In this document: one piece after another, positions 24,790 through 37,859 of the stretch
Layout: each line of letters starts with the position of its first letter
How positions within the stretch are numbered: position 1 is the stretch's first letter
NCBI RefSeq assembly: GCF_004010195.1
Contig: NC_057720.1
Location: 21,425,882 to 21,489,881, forward strand
Length of the DNA stretch: 64,000 bases
Direction of reading: 5' to 3'
Source: Chiloscyllium plagiosum
Taxonomy: Eukaryota
Program-made: the position numbers and the translations under genes
Notes under the pieces: generated by a model
Told to the model about the DNA's origin: nothing
What the model saw: the letters and a program-made list of their open reading frames with translations, nothing else
The model's database searches: none

Positions 24790-26460
24790 TTACGCATTCA
24801 TGGGTTGTGAACATTGCTGGTGAGGTTACAACTTATTGCCCATTGCTAATTGCCCTTGGGAAGGTGATAGTGGGCTGCCTTGAACCAACTAAGTCTGGTG
24901 GTGAAGATAAAGCTTTCAAGGGGCTCCAGGATTTTACCTGGTGATGAAGGATATATGCCCAAGTTAGGATGATGTGTGACTTGGGGAATTTGCAATCAGT
25001 TTTCCCGTAACAGCGGCACTGTTGCTATTCTTTATGGTAGTGGTCACAAATTTCAAAGGTGCTGTCATAGGAGCCTGGGCAACATCCTGCAGTGCATCTT
25101 GTATAACGTACAATCCATCGATGCAATGCACATCTACTAGAGGAAGTGAATGTTTAACATGGTGGATCAGCTTATGACCAAGTGGCTACTTTGCCCTGGG
25201 TAGTATCAAGCTTCTAGAGTTTTAATGCAGCTGTACTCAAAAAGGCAGGTGGAGGGTATTCCATCAAACTCCTGACTGGGAGCTAATATGGTGGAAAAGG
25301 TTGTGGTTCAGCAAGTGGCCTAGTCGTTGCTGAATTCCCAGCCTCTAAACTGTTCTTGTAATCAGATTTATATTTATATAACCTCCAACCATCAGCAATC
25401 CTCAATTTTTAAGATCCTAGTCCATACTGAACCACGAATATTAATGAAAGCAATATCACTGAGTATTGATGGAGGTGATAAGACCATTGTTGGAAATGAA
25501 TATTGCTTGGCACTTGTGCGACATAAATGTTTCTTGGCACTTTGTCAAAGCCTGACTCCTGTCATGACTTGTTTCAGGGAAGCATAGATTGCTTCAGTAT
25601 CATATGACTTGTGAATCAACCTGAACACTCTGCAATAATCAGTGAACATCTCACTTCTGCCCTTTTTTGGGAGGGAAGGTCATTGATAAAGGCGCCAATG
25701 ATGATAGGGTCTCGGACACTATGCTGAGGAGCTGTAGTAGTAATGCCCTGCAGGCTGAGATGGTTGACCTCCAACAAGCATTTTTCTTTCAGCGTGATAC
25801 AATTCCAACCAATGGAGAGATTTACAAATGATTTCCATTGACTTTAATTTTGCTGGTGCTTCTTCTTAAGTGTTGCTTTGGAACAGAGAATGCTGGAGAA
25901 ACTTAACAGGCCTGGCAGCATCTGTTGAGAGAGAAACACTTAATGTTTCAAGACCAGCAAGACTCCTCTTTAGAACTTCAGAACTCTGGCATTCTCTGTG
26001 TTTGTTTCAGACATTCAGCATCCAGTGTTTTGCCTGTAGTTGCTTGTTTAATTCCCTTTCAAGTGGGGAATCACTCTTACCTAACCTCTGGAATTCAGCT
26101 CTTTTGTCCATGTTTTAAGCAAGGCCATAATGAGACCTGGAACTGATTGGCACTGATATCACCGAAACTGAACATTATAAGCAGATTCTTGCGATGTAAG
26201 TGCCACTTGGTAGCACTGTTGAAGCTATTTTCTATCGCTTGACTGATTGAGAGCAGGCTGATATGATAATTGGCCTGATTAAATGTTTGCTTTCTATGTG
26301 GATAAGATGTAACAAGGCAATTTTCCATATTGTCAGATAGTTTCTAGTGTAGTATCTATACTGGAACGACTTAGATAGAGGTCTGGTTACTTTGGAAACC
26401 CAAGTATTCAGTGCTACTGCCATAATTTATTTTAGGGCCTCATAGTAATTGTAGTCACTA
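24790..26460 (-). mobile_element. L2/Crack-like LINE, heavily decayed
   Basis: Collinear with 1745-3420 (ttgcccttgggaaggtg, ctgcagtgcatcttgta, aattcagctcttttgtccatg); interrupted by a PLE piece at 25883-26040. Confidence 0.75.
25883..26040. mobile_element. PLE terminal-repeat fragment (family B) with short inverted piece
   Basis: aacagagaatgctggagaaac... followed by the inverted gcattctctgtgtttgtttcagac. Confidence 0.65.
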
Positions 26461-26499
26461 GTAGCTCCTTCAGGAATTCAGTGTGCTCACCAATATCCA

Positions 26500-26820
26500 G
26501 GGTGGAATAGCAGTTGTAAGCAGGATCTCTGGTGACTCCTGCATTACCTGCCTGTTTCTCTTGGATTGTTTTGCAGTTAGCCATTCCCCATCTGCCCACC
26601 TGTTCCTAAACTGAGGTGTGACTCTCTGAACATGCCTTTAAATAGTACTCTGCCTCACAGATGCATCTCAGTGACTATCAAGCTCTGAAACCTTGAGCTT
26701 AAACTTATGTTGTTTGTGACACTTCCTGGACATGGGCTCATTTGAGTTAAACGAATTGTCCACAATTCCCCACCTGCTACACAATGGGCATTCTGCTTGA
26801 CCAAGCTGCCCTGCCATGAA
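26500..26820 (-). mobile_element. CR1 LINE ORF1 N-terminus (zinc finger/leucine zipper), decayed
   Basis: Minus strand reads MAGQLGQAECPLCSRWG...SRKCHKQHKFKLKVSELD, matching the CR1 ORF1 start pattern. Confidence 0.65.
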
Positions 26821-27499
26821 GTTTAATTCAGTAAATGAAACTTTAATTAATTTAACTTGTTCGATTCTTACTCTTGTGCTATTAATTAAAAACTAGAGAT
26901 CTGTATAAATAAAATAATTTTTGCCTTGCTTACTAAATCAGTTTCCTCTCCTGCTCTAATAAACTCTTTCCATTCCAGCATCAGTTTGGAAATTTGTTTT
27001 TCAAAATTACTAGAGTTGAAACACAGACCCTAACAGCAGCCAATTAATTTATGACTTTTCTGTTTTTCTCCTCTTGTCTCTGTGCTGTTTTATGTGGTGT
27101 CCACTTCTCTTCTCTCCCATGCTTATAGGTACTGCAGAATGTCTCTGGATGTTCCTCTCTCAAGCCTTCAAGGTGCTTCAGTTGTATTGATCTCATTTTC
27201 CACCACTAAATTTTAATGGTTAAACAAAACAATTATAATATTCAAACACACAAGTCATGTTTGCAACGCACGCTGGTGCCTGAGTTTAGTACACATGTAT
27301 TTCACCAGGTCGCCATGTAATTATCTTTTCTTTTCAGCAATATTCAAGTTTCTCAGGTAATTGATGAATGAGTGCCCTCTGTCTGTTTATCCTTAACTTT
27401 AATAATACAATTAACATGAGATTAGCATCTGTCATTCCTAATTTGCAGGGTGCAATCTTAGAAATTCATTTGTAAGTCATGATTGCACCTGAAATACAA

Positions 27500-27658
27500 G
27501 GACAAAATACCACAGATGCTGGAAATCTGAAATAAAATTGCTGAGAATTGCTGAGAAAAACACAGAGAATGCTGAAGAAACTCCACGTATCTAGCTGCAA
27601 CGTGGAGAGAGAAACAGGGTTAACATTTTGAGTCCACTATGTTTCTTCTTCAGAACTA
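27500..27658 (-). mobile_element. PLE terminal-repeat fragment (family B)
   Basis: cagatgctggaaatctgaaa...ggagagagaaacagggttaacattttgagtcc...tcttcagaact; decayed hammerhead at its right end. Confidence 0.65.
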
Positions 27659-27967
27659 GTAAGGCAGTGAGAGAAAAGACTGAATTTTCTGGCAGTGTCT
27701 TTTCAAGTGATGTTCTCTCCCAAGGGCCACAGCAACTTTTCTCAAGCATTCTTCCACTAGTTTTTTTTTATTAACTATGCAACCAGCCATTTTGGTGCTT
27801 GTCTTGTGGAATTGTGCAGCTGGATAAGCTGAAGTGCTCACCACTGCTGGGATTTTGTGATGTTTGTGTCACCAGTGGCAGATTTAAACCGTGCATCCAA
27901 TCAGAAACTCCAAGCCAGGTACTGCCATGTAGTCCTAATGCCAGAGGGAATGGCCAAAAAAGCATAA

Positions 27968-28075
27968 GATGGAGGTGTGGGTGCTGGAGTGGTCAGAAGT
28001 CAGACGACACCAGGTTATAGTCCAACAGGTTATTTGAAATCACCAGCTTTTGGAGTGTTGCCCCTTCATCAGGTA
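27968..28075 (-). mobile_element. PLE terminal-repeat fragment (family C)
   Basis: caccaggttatagtccaacagg...cccttcatcagg; inverse match to 19046-19247. Confidence 0.7.
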
Positions 28076-28694
28076 AAGTCTTATCTTGAAAGGTAAGTTA
28101 GCTCCATGGTTCACTGACAGGATCTGTGGGTGCTGGTAGACATGTTGGACAATGGGCATTTAAGTCATGAAAAATCATCTATCCAGCAAGATCCCATCAT
28201 CCTTCCACTGCACAACTTAATTGATTCCAACCTGAAAGTCTAGTTCATGCATTAATCACTTGCAGAATTTCATGCCACCGCAACGTTTGGAAGCAGGTGT
28301 AGAAATATGGTTCAATAAATTTGCAGGTGTGCTTTTGAAGTATGCTGTGATATATCTGTGATCTCTAACCATGTGCTCGAGACTCGGAAAGAAGTTAGAA
28401 TTAGAGCATATTGGGGTAGTTACACATTGTCAGTACACACTGTGGTCTGGCCTGGACTTTTCTAAACTACAAACAAACCCAAATTATTGCAGCAAGGCAT
28501 TGAGGTGTGTGGAAGGTGCAGGATGGAGAACCCACCATTTTCTTGCCTCTGCTTGATTGAAGTCATTGGAAGGAAAGCTGCCCTGGTGTTAATGCATACC
28601 CTTAGGAAGACAAAGAATGACCTCACTATTTTTATACCGCCTTCCCTTTGGGATATAGGGCAACATTCTATTTGCCTTCCCTATTACTTAGAGC

Positions 28695-29480
28695 CTTAGA
28701 GCCATACAGCATAAAAAGAGACACTTTAGTTCAACCAGTCCATGTCAACCCTAATCCCAAACTAAACTAGTCCCACCTGCCTGCCTCTGACCTATATGCC
28801 TCCAAATCTTTCTTATTCATGTACTTATCCAAATATATTATAAATGTTGGAAGTGTTGCCATACCCAGTACTTCCTCTGGAAGTTCATTCCACACTCTCA
28901 CTGTGTAAAAACAGTGTTGCCCGTCTTTCTCCTCACACAATAAAAATATGTTCTCTGGTCTTGAAATTCCCACCATAGGGAAAAGACACCTGCCATTTGT
29001 CTTATCTATGCCCCTGAAGATTTTATAAATCTCTATAAAGTCACCCCTCAAGCTCCTACCTCCAGTGAAAAAGTTCCAGCATCTCCAGATAACTCAAACC
29101 TTCCATTCCAGGCAACATCCTGGGAAATCTTTTCTGAACCCTCTCCAGCTTGATAACATCCTTCCTATATGAGGACAACAAGAACTTGCTGAATTATATA
29201 CTAGCTTATTGTGATTTATACATGAGGACGCCCAAATGCCTCTGTGCTGCAGCTCAATTCAGTCTTTCTCCATTTAAATAATATTCATTCAGCTTCTTAT
29301 TCACAGCAAAGAGCATAACCTCAGCTTTCCACAGATTATATTCCATCTGTTCAGTTTTTGCCCACTCTAACCTGTCCATATTGATCTACAGACTATCATC
29401 CTCACCATTTCCTACCTGTTGTTGTGCTATCAGCAAACTTGGCGATATCAGATTCACTTTCCTCATCCAAGTCATTTCTT
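28695..29480 (-). mobile_element. Two adjacent CR1 fragments (HER1-like 3' end 28695-29175; older RT piece 29180-29480)
   Basis: RGDFIEIYKIFRGIDK...RVWNELPEEV; ctatcagcaaactt reads KFADS. Confidence 0.8.
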
Positions 29481-30964
29481 TCCTGTAATATGTTTCTGAA
29501 TTCAGGTAATTTCCACAGAAGTATCATGCTAACTGAGTTTTCTTCACAGCTGTATTTGGTAACACCAGAGAATGTCATCAAGATGTCATGCAGACTGCCA
29601 CATGTAGTTATGATGCTTGGAATTTCCCGGTTATTCAGTGATTTGCTTAATGGTCTGGCGCATTAACCTCTCTGTGCCGAGGCCCATTGAAGCTATTGCC
29701 TGTTGTAGACTTGTCCCTTAGTTACTCACATGGTTCAGTAACAGCTGCTGCCTTTTGTGAACTCTGACAGCCGATCTGGAGGGGGAACTGCAGAGATGCT
29801 TCAGGAAATAATTATTCCACAGGCTGATTGCAGAAACAAGGTTTTAGACAAGGGTTCACAGGGAAGAGAAACAGTTGCAGGTGTGAAAACATTGTTAACT
29901 CCCAAAGTCCATCTGTATGAGCAGGGAAGGATGACAGTGCCTAGCAAATGGGTTCATTGAATATCTGAATATTTCCCTTTACGGTTCTCATGTCTAATTC
30001 ATGACCATTTCATTCCTGATCCACTTCCAGCTATGGTGCACTCTCTGCTGCTACAGTCGGAAAATCCCACGTCTATAGGATTCTGTTTGGGAACTGACTT
30101 ATGAAACACAGCCTGGCTTTCTTTGACGATGTTAGAATAATATTTGCATATCCCCACCTGTGCTGAGTAATAAGTACCTGCCACACATCAGTATTATGAA
30201 TTTTGTACAGCTAACAAAACCACAGGGGAAATTATACCTCAGACATTCCATAATAATTGATGCTAAGCTGTTAGTGCCATCCAGTTATTCTGCCTGAAGT
30301 GTTTCAACGGCAGCAGCTAGCAGTTTAATGAGTTTGGCTGCTCATTCAAAAGAGACTAATTTAGGCAGAGGTTCTGCAGGCACTGCCGTTTGTTTCAGGG
30401 AAGCCTCAACTTGTTAACTACTAGGCCTCCATTAGCAGTTTACAAGGAATAATGCTATAGAGCATGCTGTCCCTAATCAGTGGCAGTCACTGTTGTCTTT
30501 TCAGAACTGCCAAAACAAGACAGTGTTGCGAAGGATTCCTAAAGACGTATTTTTAATATTATGGCAGTGGCATGTTCTCATTTACATGGCACCTCTTGGA
30601 GAGAAGTGAGCAGAATGTTAACAGCATATGGCGCAACAGTAAATATTTTACAAAAGGTATTATTTCAACAATTTGCAAGGTTGATGCCTTAAGATAACTG
30701 CAAAGCTGACAATTAGTTCACCAAGAAATCTATTTTAATGACAGAAGCATAATCTTGCCCCAAAAAGTACAAGATACTTATCTATTAATAGAAAATTCAG
30801 TTGTTGTTTTAATCAATAGAATATGTACTTTAAGCATTGTTACAGGACTTGTATTTCGCTGTATGTCAAGATTAATACACACAATAATTGAGCTAGAAGG
30901 CAGGGCCTTGGATGTGCTCAGGGTCATGTTACAAGGCATGAAAAGTAAAGAGTAAGGTCATCAT

Positions 30965-31170
30965 AGCGCTGCTCTGTCATTAGAGAGAGAGAGAGATAGA
31001 GAGAGAGGCAGATTACTGGAGGTGGCTTAATCTGAGGGTCACCGCACCTCAGATGAGTCAAGAGGTTGAGGAAAGTCCTTCATGGTAACCTCAGCTGCTT
31101 GAATGGGAATTGATTACAAGCATCACTCTACATTGCAAACCAGCCATCCTGGCAACTGAGCTAACCAACG
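30965..31170 (-). mobile_element. tRNA-derived SINE with (GA)n tract
   Basis: Minus strand begins gttggttagctcagttg (A-box-like); (GA)n at 30982-31007. Confidence 0.55.
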
Positions 31171-31472
31171 GCAAGCATAATCGTATTGCCTTCAGGGACT
31201 CACTCTAAAAAAATCCTAGGTCCAGATTGACACTTCCACATCAACAGGTAAATTCAAATTAAAGTAACATGATTGGATCAGAAATGAAGAATTACAAGCT
31301 TTGTGTTTTGGCTGTCGTAACTTGTATTTAAAAAAAATAGACCATCGGATTCCCAACATTTTCCTTCATAAATGATTATTGCCTTTAAACCCAGTTGCTA
31401 AGACAGAAACTGAATTCCAACTCCTCAATAAAAATTTATAACTTTCATTAAACTACATTCTCCTAAGTTCAT

Positions 31473-31771
31473 GATTAGATTACTTACAGTATGGAAACAA
31501 GCCCTTCAGCCCAACAAGTCCACACCAACCCTCTGAAGAGCAACCCACCCAGACCCATTCCCCTACATACTACAGCCAATTTAGCATGGCCAATTCACCT
31601 AACCTGCACATGTTTGGACTGTGGGAGTGAACCGGTGCACCTGGAGGAAACCCACGCAGACACGGGGAGAATGTGCAAACTCCACACAGACAGTCGTCTG
31701 AGGTGGGAGTTCAACCCGGGTCTCTGGCACTGTGAGGCTGCAGTGCTAACCACTGTGCCACCATGCTGCCC
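31473..31771 (-). mobile_element. HE1-type V-SINE, full length
   Basis: Reverse complement of 11519-11830 with an internal deletion. Confidence 0.92.
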
Positions 31772-32780
31772 TTAATAGCAAATTATTCTGAAGTTCTATA
31801 TACGTAGAATGAAGTTTGAGATATTTTGCAACACTGGCAGGTATTGAAGACGGTCAAAATGAATGCAATTATAGGCAACCCAGCATAAAGCCTGAAATTG
31901 ACTACTTCTGAACAAGAGTCACTGGAACTGAAATGCTGTCTCTGCTTTCTCTCCTCAGATTCAGCTAGATTTGTTGGGTTTCTCCAACTAGTTCTTTTTA
32001 ATTTATTCATAATTCATCAATTAGATTTATATTAAAATCTAACAGTTACTTCTGTAAATTTTGTTCTCGATGCTTTTAAGTAAGAATTTCATCCAGGAAG
32101 GAGCAGTTAATAGTTCAAAATTGTCCATTTTAATTGTTGTGTTGACTTAGAATTTCACTAACAACGCACTCCAATCTGAAATTAAAATCCACTAAAATGA
32201 ATGAAAGATTAAATAGTTAATTAGTCAATGTTACTTTGGAACAAATAGTTGATTATAATCATATCTGGATGTATCACTTGCATGCACTGTACTTGAGGTT
32301 TCTTATTTATCCCTAAGCAAAATTCTTCAACTCCTTATGTACTGTAATATTCTTTTATTTACATCAATACAGTTCTCAAATTCAGCTCACCGGTGTAGTA
32401 AGACCTAAAACCTCTCTCATCACATGCTCATTCTAGACCAGTGTCTTCTCTTTTACTGATGTCAGGATTATCTCAGCAAATCCTATGGCCAGGAACCTTT
32501 GAATTCTCTGTCAAATCTTTCCTTCCATCCATAACACCTTTTTTTGTCCACTTACATCTGTCTTTGGGTGTGTACAAGGGAAGTTTATAAGGTGGTTAGT
32601 ATTTAAATGAGCAGAATTACATGTTGATGGTTTGTAATTGTTTACCTGAAGCTAAAATGTACTTACTTATAAATAACAATTCTCTAAAGTACATAAACCT
32701 GCTCTGCGTTTTCAGTCAACCTGGATGTAAAAATAGGTGAATTGGGGAATCTTAAGATTTAAAAAAAATATGTATATATA

Positions 32781-33270
32781 TCCTCAGTGCTTGGGAGCTT
32801 CCTGTGAAGCGCTCCTGTGATCTTTCCTCCGGCAGTTGTAGTGGTTTGAATCTGCCGCTTCCGGTTGTCAGTTCCAGCTGTCCGTTGCAGTGGTCGGTAT
32901 ATTGGGTCCAGGTCGATGTGCTTATTGATTGAATCTGTGGATGAGTGTCATGCCTCTAGGAATTCACTGGCTGTTCTCTGTTTGGCTTGTCCTATAATAG
33001 TAGTGTTGTCCCAGTCGAATTTATGTTGCTTGTCATCTGCGTGTGTGGCTACTAAGGATAGCTGGTCGTGTCGTTTCGTGGCTAGTTGGTGTTCATGGAT
33101 GCGGATCGTTAGCTGTCTTCCTGTTTGTCCTATGTAGTGTTTTGTGCAGTCCTTAAATGGGATTTCTTTTCACAAACTTTGAACACCTACGGGCGAGAGA
33201 CGCTAAGACAAGCCAGGAAATGGGAATCCTGTGCTAACCGCCTAAGCGCCACATATGAACAACTCCGGGC
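32781..33270 (-). mobile_element. Penelope-like element (Poseidon-type) GIY-YIG fragment with inverted ORF-start piece
   Basis: Minus strand IPFKDCTKHYIGQTGRQLTIRIHEHQLATKRHD...FDWDNTTIIGQAKQR...INKHIDLDPIY; 33170-33270 on the plus strand reads NTYGRETLRQARKWESCANRL. Confidence 0.9.
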
Positions 33271-33289
33271 CGAGTGAAGTGTAACAGTA

Positions 33290-35520
33290 TGTAGCAAGAA
33301 AATAAGATTGTTAATTTTTCCACACCTAGCTTAACTGTAATTGTCCTTAAAGGATTAGCTTCTGGAAATCAGGTTGTCATCTGCATAACTGTAAGGATAA
33401 ACTGTGGTCCTGCTTTTGTTTTAGGTAACATTCCCACAAAATCCATTAATACTTGACGGTGTGGTTCCTTGAAAACTGGTGTGAAATTAAAGATACCAGA
33501 CCCCTGATTACGATTACCTATTGAGGTTTACCAACTACTGCACATGATGATTTGTCTTACAAAACTGCATCCTTAACTGGACTTGGTTATGTAAAATGGT
33601 TGCTTGTGAATGCTTGAGTTTTCCATATTCCTATATGTCCTGCCTTTGGAATGTTATATGCTATTTACAATATCTCCTTATGTCATCTGTGTAGAATCAC
33701 TATGTGATGAACAGCCATCCATTCCTCATGCACAGATTTATGAAGGTATCTCCACTTCTTCATCAGAGTGTCATTTTTAATATAATAGCATTCTGGAACT
33801 CCTTCAGCCTCAGCTTCCATGTGAGCTTTGTGGGTTAACTTATTTAACACTGATCAGCTTACTGAACATCAATGAAGACATGGCAAGTACTTCCTGCGGC
33901 TTAACCTCACGGTTTAAAGAATTTCTTTTCATTCATAGAATTCCTACACTCAGACAACTGATCCTGATTCAAAAAAAGTAACACTTGAAATTTGTTATGT
34001 CCAAGGGAATCAGGATATGCTTTCTACTTATTCCATTTTTTTTTTAACTCTGGAAGGAAAACTAGATTATTCTTCTGCAAAAGAAGTACTCCTGTGTCCC
34101 TTTTTGCAGTTATAGATTTAATTGCATTATTTGATGCATATAGAGTAATATGCTCTTTTGACAAAAAAATCTTCATATGTTTCACCTCCTCAATTCACCT
34201 TATCCATGGTCACAGCAGTTTTTATAACTGTAGTTCATGTTATAATTGAATTAGTGGCATTTCCTTCGGAGTTCCCTTCATGGATTCACTCTTATGAACT
34301 CTAATAGGCCTCCTGGGGTTCCCTTGCAATTTCCAGCCTTCTGAAGAAAAGCATCCCCTTTTATCAAAATTGCAACACACCTTCAGCCATTGCTTTTCAC
34401 CTTCACACTCAGCACTTTCCTTACTGATTCGAGGAGGCAAACTTTGGGCATTCCCAGTTACCCATTCTTTATCCTGGCTACTGGGCTTCCTCATACACTC
34501 CCATTCCCCAGCCACCTTGAATTTATGAGGGGAACAAAAAATGTTCAGATTTATGGATCAGCTCATGATCGTCAGCCATTGCTGTTGCTTATCTAGCAGT
34601 TGCAATGTTTTAATCTTCAACATGGGTACCTATGAAAAAATGTTAGTGAATTTTTAAATTCCTCCAAGGGAATGTTATCTCTCAGATCTTCGTACATGAT
34701 TTTAACTTATAATCTCCTATCCACCTCCTAGCCATCTGCTAAAATTACCTTTCAAATTCTGTGTAGGTTGTCCAGGCTGTCTCTTTAAATGTTAAAACTT
34801 TTGTTTGTGTTCTTCAGGAACTAATTCATTAACACTCCGAATAGCCTGCATTATAGCGTCGTAAGCTTTAGGAGCCTTCTGATAGTGAAGCATAAATTTC
34901 CTGCACTTTACTTGTCAACTTGCTCTTCACAGACAATGTCTAGTTTTGTTTTGACCAGTTCATTTGTCTCACTATATTTTCTCAAATGACATTAAAAAAT
35001 GCCTCCATATCCTTTTTGCTCAAATTTTCTTAGAGCCTGTACAAACATAAATATTTTCTTACTACACTTGACATTCCAATTAGAATATTTTTTCATCTGA
35101 ACTCTCTTAGTCTTCTAAAGTAATCTTTTTACTGCATAATTTTAACATGATATTCTGTACTCCTCTCCTGAAATACTCATTATTTTTGTTTCTCTTCAAG
35201 TTTGAATATAAGTTCTAGTTCCCTTTTTAGGTTCATCATCTTTTCCTCTTTCAGTTCCATCTCCCTTTTTATTTCTTTACCTGTCCTTGGGAATTCCATC
35301 TCAATCTTCTTCACTGCCTTAACTGAAACTCACTATGAATTGATTCCAAAGTCTCACTACTTGGAATACCTGGGTCTCTCCTTTATCTCTATTAAGCTCA
35401 AATGCTTTTCATTAATTTCCACTGCCTTCTTTTATATCCAGAAGTGGTACCATATACAACTCATCCTTTTCTTTCCCTTCAGCAAATCACCTGTGGGTTT
35501 TTTTTTCATCTATTAACCAC
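33290..35520 (-). mobile_element. Gmr1-like Gypsy LTR retrotransposon relic (gag with SCAN-like capsid, protease, integrase)
   Basis: Frameshifted minus-strand peptides: KSKLTSKVQEIYASLSE, ELVPEEHKQKF, YEDLRDNIPLEEFKNSL (~34645-34695), AMADDHELIHKS, decayed zinc knuckle (~34330-34380), integrase EPHRQVLMDFVGMLPKTKAGPQFILTVM...FPEANPLRTIT (33335-33467). Confidence 0.85.
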
Positions 35521-35944
35521 CACAATCACTGGGATTTTCCAATTGTTTAATGTACATGAAAGGCCCAATAAGGGCAATGCAGATCACCAAAGGTAAGGAG
35601 AGAAGGCGGGGTTTAAATTAAAATGGAATTAGAAGGGAAGGTGAAGCATTGTACCGCCTGTGTGCCCTAAAAGCAGAAAGTAAAATATTTTTCCATTAAA
35701 CCTGTTCAGACATGTTTAAGACCTCCCCCGTGGCAGGGGAAGGTGAACCCAGAACTGCTGACCCTGAGGTAAGAACATGATCATTACACCCAAAGAGCTT
35801 TGCTTCCACCTTCTTGCATCTGGAAGGCAATTATACTTCATGTTTACTTGCCAATTCAATCAACCTAAGTTTTAGGATCCTTGTAAATTTATTGCACCCA
35901 CAGGTGCACCCACAGGAAGGCTTTCACAGTCTCTAGCCCCATCC

Positions 35945-36670
35945 TATTTTTATAAGCACAAAACCTGGTGTTTCCTTTTATCCATTTATCACTTACCAAG
36001 TCCAAACTCAATTCTGCATTGCTTTTGTTCCAAGTTACCCTGGCTATGACTCCCAAATTGTCACAGCTCACTTGGGTAGTGTACTGTTAATCAAGCACCA
36101 GTATTCACTGAGTCTTCACAAATATAAAGAGATTTAATCAACTTATCCAAACTCCCCGATTTATTGGACTGGTGAACTCTGCTTAAAGAAAACCTTCACC
36201 AGATTTATGTACTTAACAAGAAATAACCATTTATTATGTTCAGGTTGTCTTCACAGACTCAGTTATGATGCTGAAAAAGGTGGCTATTTGGCCCATCATT
36301 GCCTGTATTTGATCTTCAAGTGAGCGTTATCACTGCGCTTCAATCTCTTACTTTGTCCCCATACTCTCATACAATTTCTACAAAAATAGTTATCTTTAGT
36401 CTTTACCCATGCAGTTAGGAAATAGGAATTGCTAACTTATGACTCCATAATTTCAACTCTACTTTTAAGTTCCCCTTTGCAAACAGTCACACACAGATAG
36501 ACAAGACATGGATATTAAGGGTGGAAAAAAATGAATAAGGGAGAAACATTTTGATAGCACCAGTATTGACAGATGAGAGTCAGTGAGATCTTTTTTCTTT
36601 TTTTTTTAAGTGATTTTACTACTTTGGTGTTGACACAAGGTTGTTTGCATACCAATGCTCTCTTTTGTTC
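35945..36670 (-). mobile_element. Probable 5' LTR of the Gmr1-like relic, interrupted by a CR1 tail (~36255-36395)
   Basis: Lies upstream of gag; PBS-like tggggctag on the minus strand at ~35933-35941; no partner LTR visible. Confidence 0.35.
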
Positions 36671-36671
36671 A

Positions 36672-36990
36672 CTAATAGGACAAGCCAAACAGAGACATGT
36701 GCAATAGTTCCTAGAAGCATGGCATTCCAACTGGAACTCTATCAATAAACACATTGACTTGGATCCCATTTACCACTCCCTGTGAAAAAAACAGGAAATG
36801 ACATCACCAACCCAAGAAAACCTAAACACAGAAATAAAAAGTGGGCCATACCACCAATGCTTCATCCGGAGGCTCACTGATGATGTTACCTACTATGGTG
36901 ATGAAACGTCTGAAACTGAACTTTCCAGCTCAGCAAGCAAACGTACGTCCAGAACCACAACCTGAGCTACAAATCTTCTCAAAACTTGAT
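36672..36990 (+). mobile_element. Penelope-like element (Poseidon-type) 3' end with hammerhead
   Basis: IGQAKQRHVQ*FLEAWHSNWNSINKHIDLDPIY, homologous to 32900-33000, followed by the terminal repeat. Confidence 0.85.
36874..36913 (+). ncRNA. Minimal type I hammerhead ribozyme motif
   Basis: UCA-CUGAUGA-U-GUUACC-UACUAU-GGUGAU-GAAA-CG-UC-UGA: 3-bp stem I, 6-bp stem II with two G-U pairs, loopless palindromic stem III. Confidence 0.7.
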
Positions 36991-37859
36991 AAAACTGTCT
37001 GTTTGTCATAAGATTTGACTATTGTTTGTGATAATGTCATGCGATTTTAGTTGGATACAAAGCTGTTATACCTTTCTGTATATCCATGTGTTCATATGAA
37101 AGTATCAGAGTTGTATGCTTCCTCCTAGTTCATATTGGGATAGCTGCCTCCATATTCGTTGATCATGCTCTTTTACCGTCTTCTTCCTTCTTTCCAACAA
37201 TGTGTCATGCACATGTAGCTGGGTGTTGCGAATGTGGGAAGGATTAATGATGTGAATCTATCTTCCAAACATAAGAACTGCTGGCGAGGGTAAACTAGAG
37301 GAGTAGTATAGGTTTAACATAGCTATCTGAAAACTTCAGCAATTTGCTTTACAATTAAAGATCATGGAATTTACAATACTAACTACATTCTGCAAGACCT
37401 TTCAAGTGAGGATAGTGAAGAAAGGAGGTAATAAGTCGAATAGCTTCATTCCTGCAAATGTTTTGGAAGAGCACAGTAATATATTATGGATTGTTGTTGG
37501 AGACAATGTGTTGAAAGACATCTCATACTGAATATGGTGGTCATACTGTTGCATTAATGGCATCTTTAATTTGTCACACTCAAGGGAACTTATTACAATA
37601 GTCAATCACCAGTATGTAGTTGAGTCTATGGACGTGGAAAATATAATTTGCAATCTTACAGCATGGCTCAGAGGAAATCTCGTGGAAGGAGAACCTAATG
37701 AGGTTAATAGCATAGATACGTTTCATATCATCTGATGTGCTTATGCTGGAGCAAAATTGACTCATTCTGATTTTTTTTTTATGCATGTTGGACCCTTTTG
37801 TATATGGTCTAGCATATCTTGACATAGAACTTCTGGAATTGCCACATGTCTGCCTTTGA

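Noticed and set aside
29999..30184. 61-aa ORF in a repeat-poor island
   Set aside because: Non-ATG start, no recognisable homology or exon boundaries.
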